A program made the position numbers and the translations under genes. A model generated the notes under the pieces. It worked only from the letters and a program-made list of their open reading frames with translations. It ran no database searches and was not told the DNA's origin. This document shows, in pieces, positions 63,109-64,000 of a stretch of 64,000 nt of DNA. Numbering within the stretch: the stretch's first letter is position 1; each line of letters begins with the position of its first letter. The DNA lies in NCBI GenBank assembly GCA_973895155.1, contig OZ316891.1, positions 20,100,169-20,164,168 of the forward strand, in the 5' to 3' direction. This DNA is from Marsupella aquatica (lineage: Eukaryota; Plantae; Marchantiophyta).

Positions 63109-64000
63109 TTAGAGATCGATGGTACACATGGAATGAGAATGAAGGAAGCCAACAGAACACTGAATCCTCTCCCATACCAGTGGCTCGTCCATCACGCCCA
63201 GCCCTTGGCTATTCAGAGGCGTCAACTCCATGTGTCCCGCTGCTGTTCTGCCATAGACCAAAGCCAAAAGTTCTCCGTTGACAGCCAAAGCCGATACTGC
63301 ATCCGCAAAAGGAAGGGTCCGGTTTTTACCTCGTTGTTGGTCAAAGACATCCCACGAGATGGATTGCGAAACATTCCAAAGACGAGTAGATTCATCAAGG
63401 ACATACAGAACCTCATCCACTATCTTATGCACTCTTCCGTCGATCACCACCATCGTCTCTGCCACCACAGCTCTTGCAGAAGTGTTGAAGTTGAAGTTCT
63501 CGACTTTTCTCCAAGAATCCTGGCTGGGATTATAAACTTCAATGGGAAGAGTACCACTCCTGTGATTTCTTCCTAGAATCTTACCAAGCTGGACATAAAA
63601 TTCCCCTCCGATCACGACCACCTTATGGTGCATCCGAGTTGATAGCATTGGTGCAATTCGTCGCCACTCATCCTGCTCTGGATCGTACACTTCCGCTGCC
63701 GCCTGTGCTCCCATTCCCCCGAATACATAAATCTTCCCATCTTGGGCCTCACAGGCGAAAGCGGCCCGTCCGGTTATCATGCTCGCACATTGCTTCCAAC
63801 CTGGTTGACCTGTCAGATCGAACGCGTACACTTCATCCCTAAGCTCCAGGGGCCCCCTTCCCTTACCTCCAATTATGTACAACGTACCTCGAACGGAGAC
63901 ACAACAACATTCCTCAGGAATGCCGCTAAGGCCGGAGGGAATTTGAGGGAGCAGATGCCACGAGTTCCTAGTGGAATCGTAGACAGACAGGGCACTCACG
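63109..64000 (-). CDS. Kelch-repeat protein (probably F-box/kelch), 5' end outside the window
   Basis: LYIIGG...WKQCASMITGRAAFAC...IYVFGG...AEVYDP...WRRIAPM kelch repeats; open frame to the window edge. Confidence 0.88.
   Translation of the reverse strand, partial: VSALSVYDSTRNSWHLLPQIPSGLSGIPEECCCVSVRGTLYIIGGKGRGPLELRDEVYAFDLTGQPGWKQCASMITGRAAFACEAQDGKIYVFGGMGAQAAAEVYDPEQDEWRRIAPMLSTRMHHKVVVIGGEFYVQLGKILGRNHRSGTLPIEVYNPSQDSWRKVENFNFNTSARAVVAETMVVIDGRVHKIVDEVLYVLDESTRLWNVSQSISWDVFDQQRGKNRTLPFADAVSALAVNGELLALVYGRTAAGHMELTPLNSQGLGVMDEPLVWERIQCSVGFLHSHSMCTIDL

Overview
Eukaryotic land-plant nuclear DNA, most likely from an early-diverging lineage such as a bryophyte (inferred from gene content and intron style, not proven). 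Host genes: an intact intronless FAD-linked oxidase closely resembling bacterial alditol/xylitol oxidase (9536-10927, -) and a frameshifted tandem paralog (2642-4032, -); a 13-exon cyclophilin-RRM-Zn-knuckle gene (CYP59/PPIL4, 16797-21471, -) with a decayed partial duplicate (~5785-7430); a 9-exon dynamin-related DRP5A gene (42505-47229, +) with MSA-like promoter motifs; an F-box/kelch gene (57138-58406, +); and a partial kelch gene at the right edge (-). The left 21 kb is a tandem duplication of an [oxidase + CYP59] unit. Mobile DNA: three Ty1/copia elements or fragments, two solo LTRs with target-site duplications (TSDs), one of them hosting a young full-length copia, a 3-kb TIR-type insertion with a subterminal array, several MITE-like elements and tandem arrays. 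Two signals stand out. (1) A bacterial-type alditol oxidase is embedded in plant sequence and duplicated, with divergence concentrated in the substrate domain. (2) Two divergent copia elements share an in-frame UGA at the homologous gag/protease boundary and also share codon-conserved sequence upstream of the first gag AUG, suggesting translational recoding. All exon models and alignments were read by eye.
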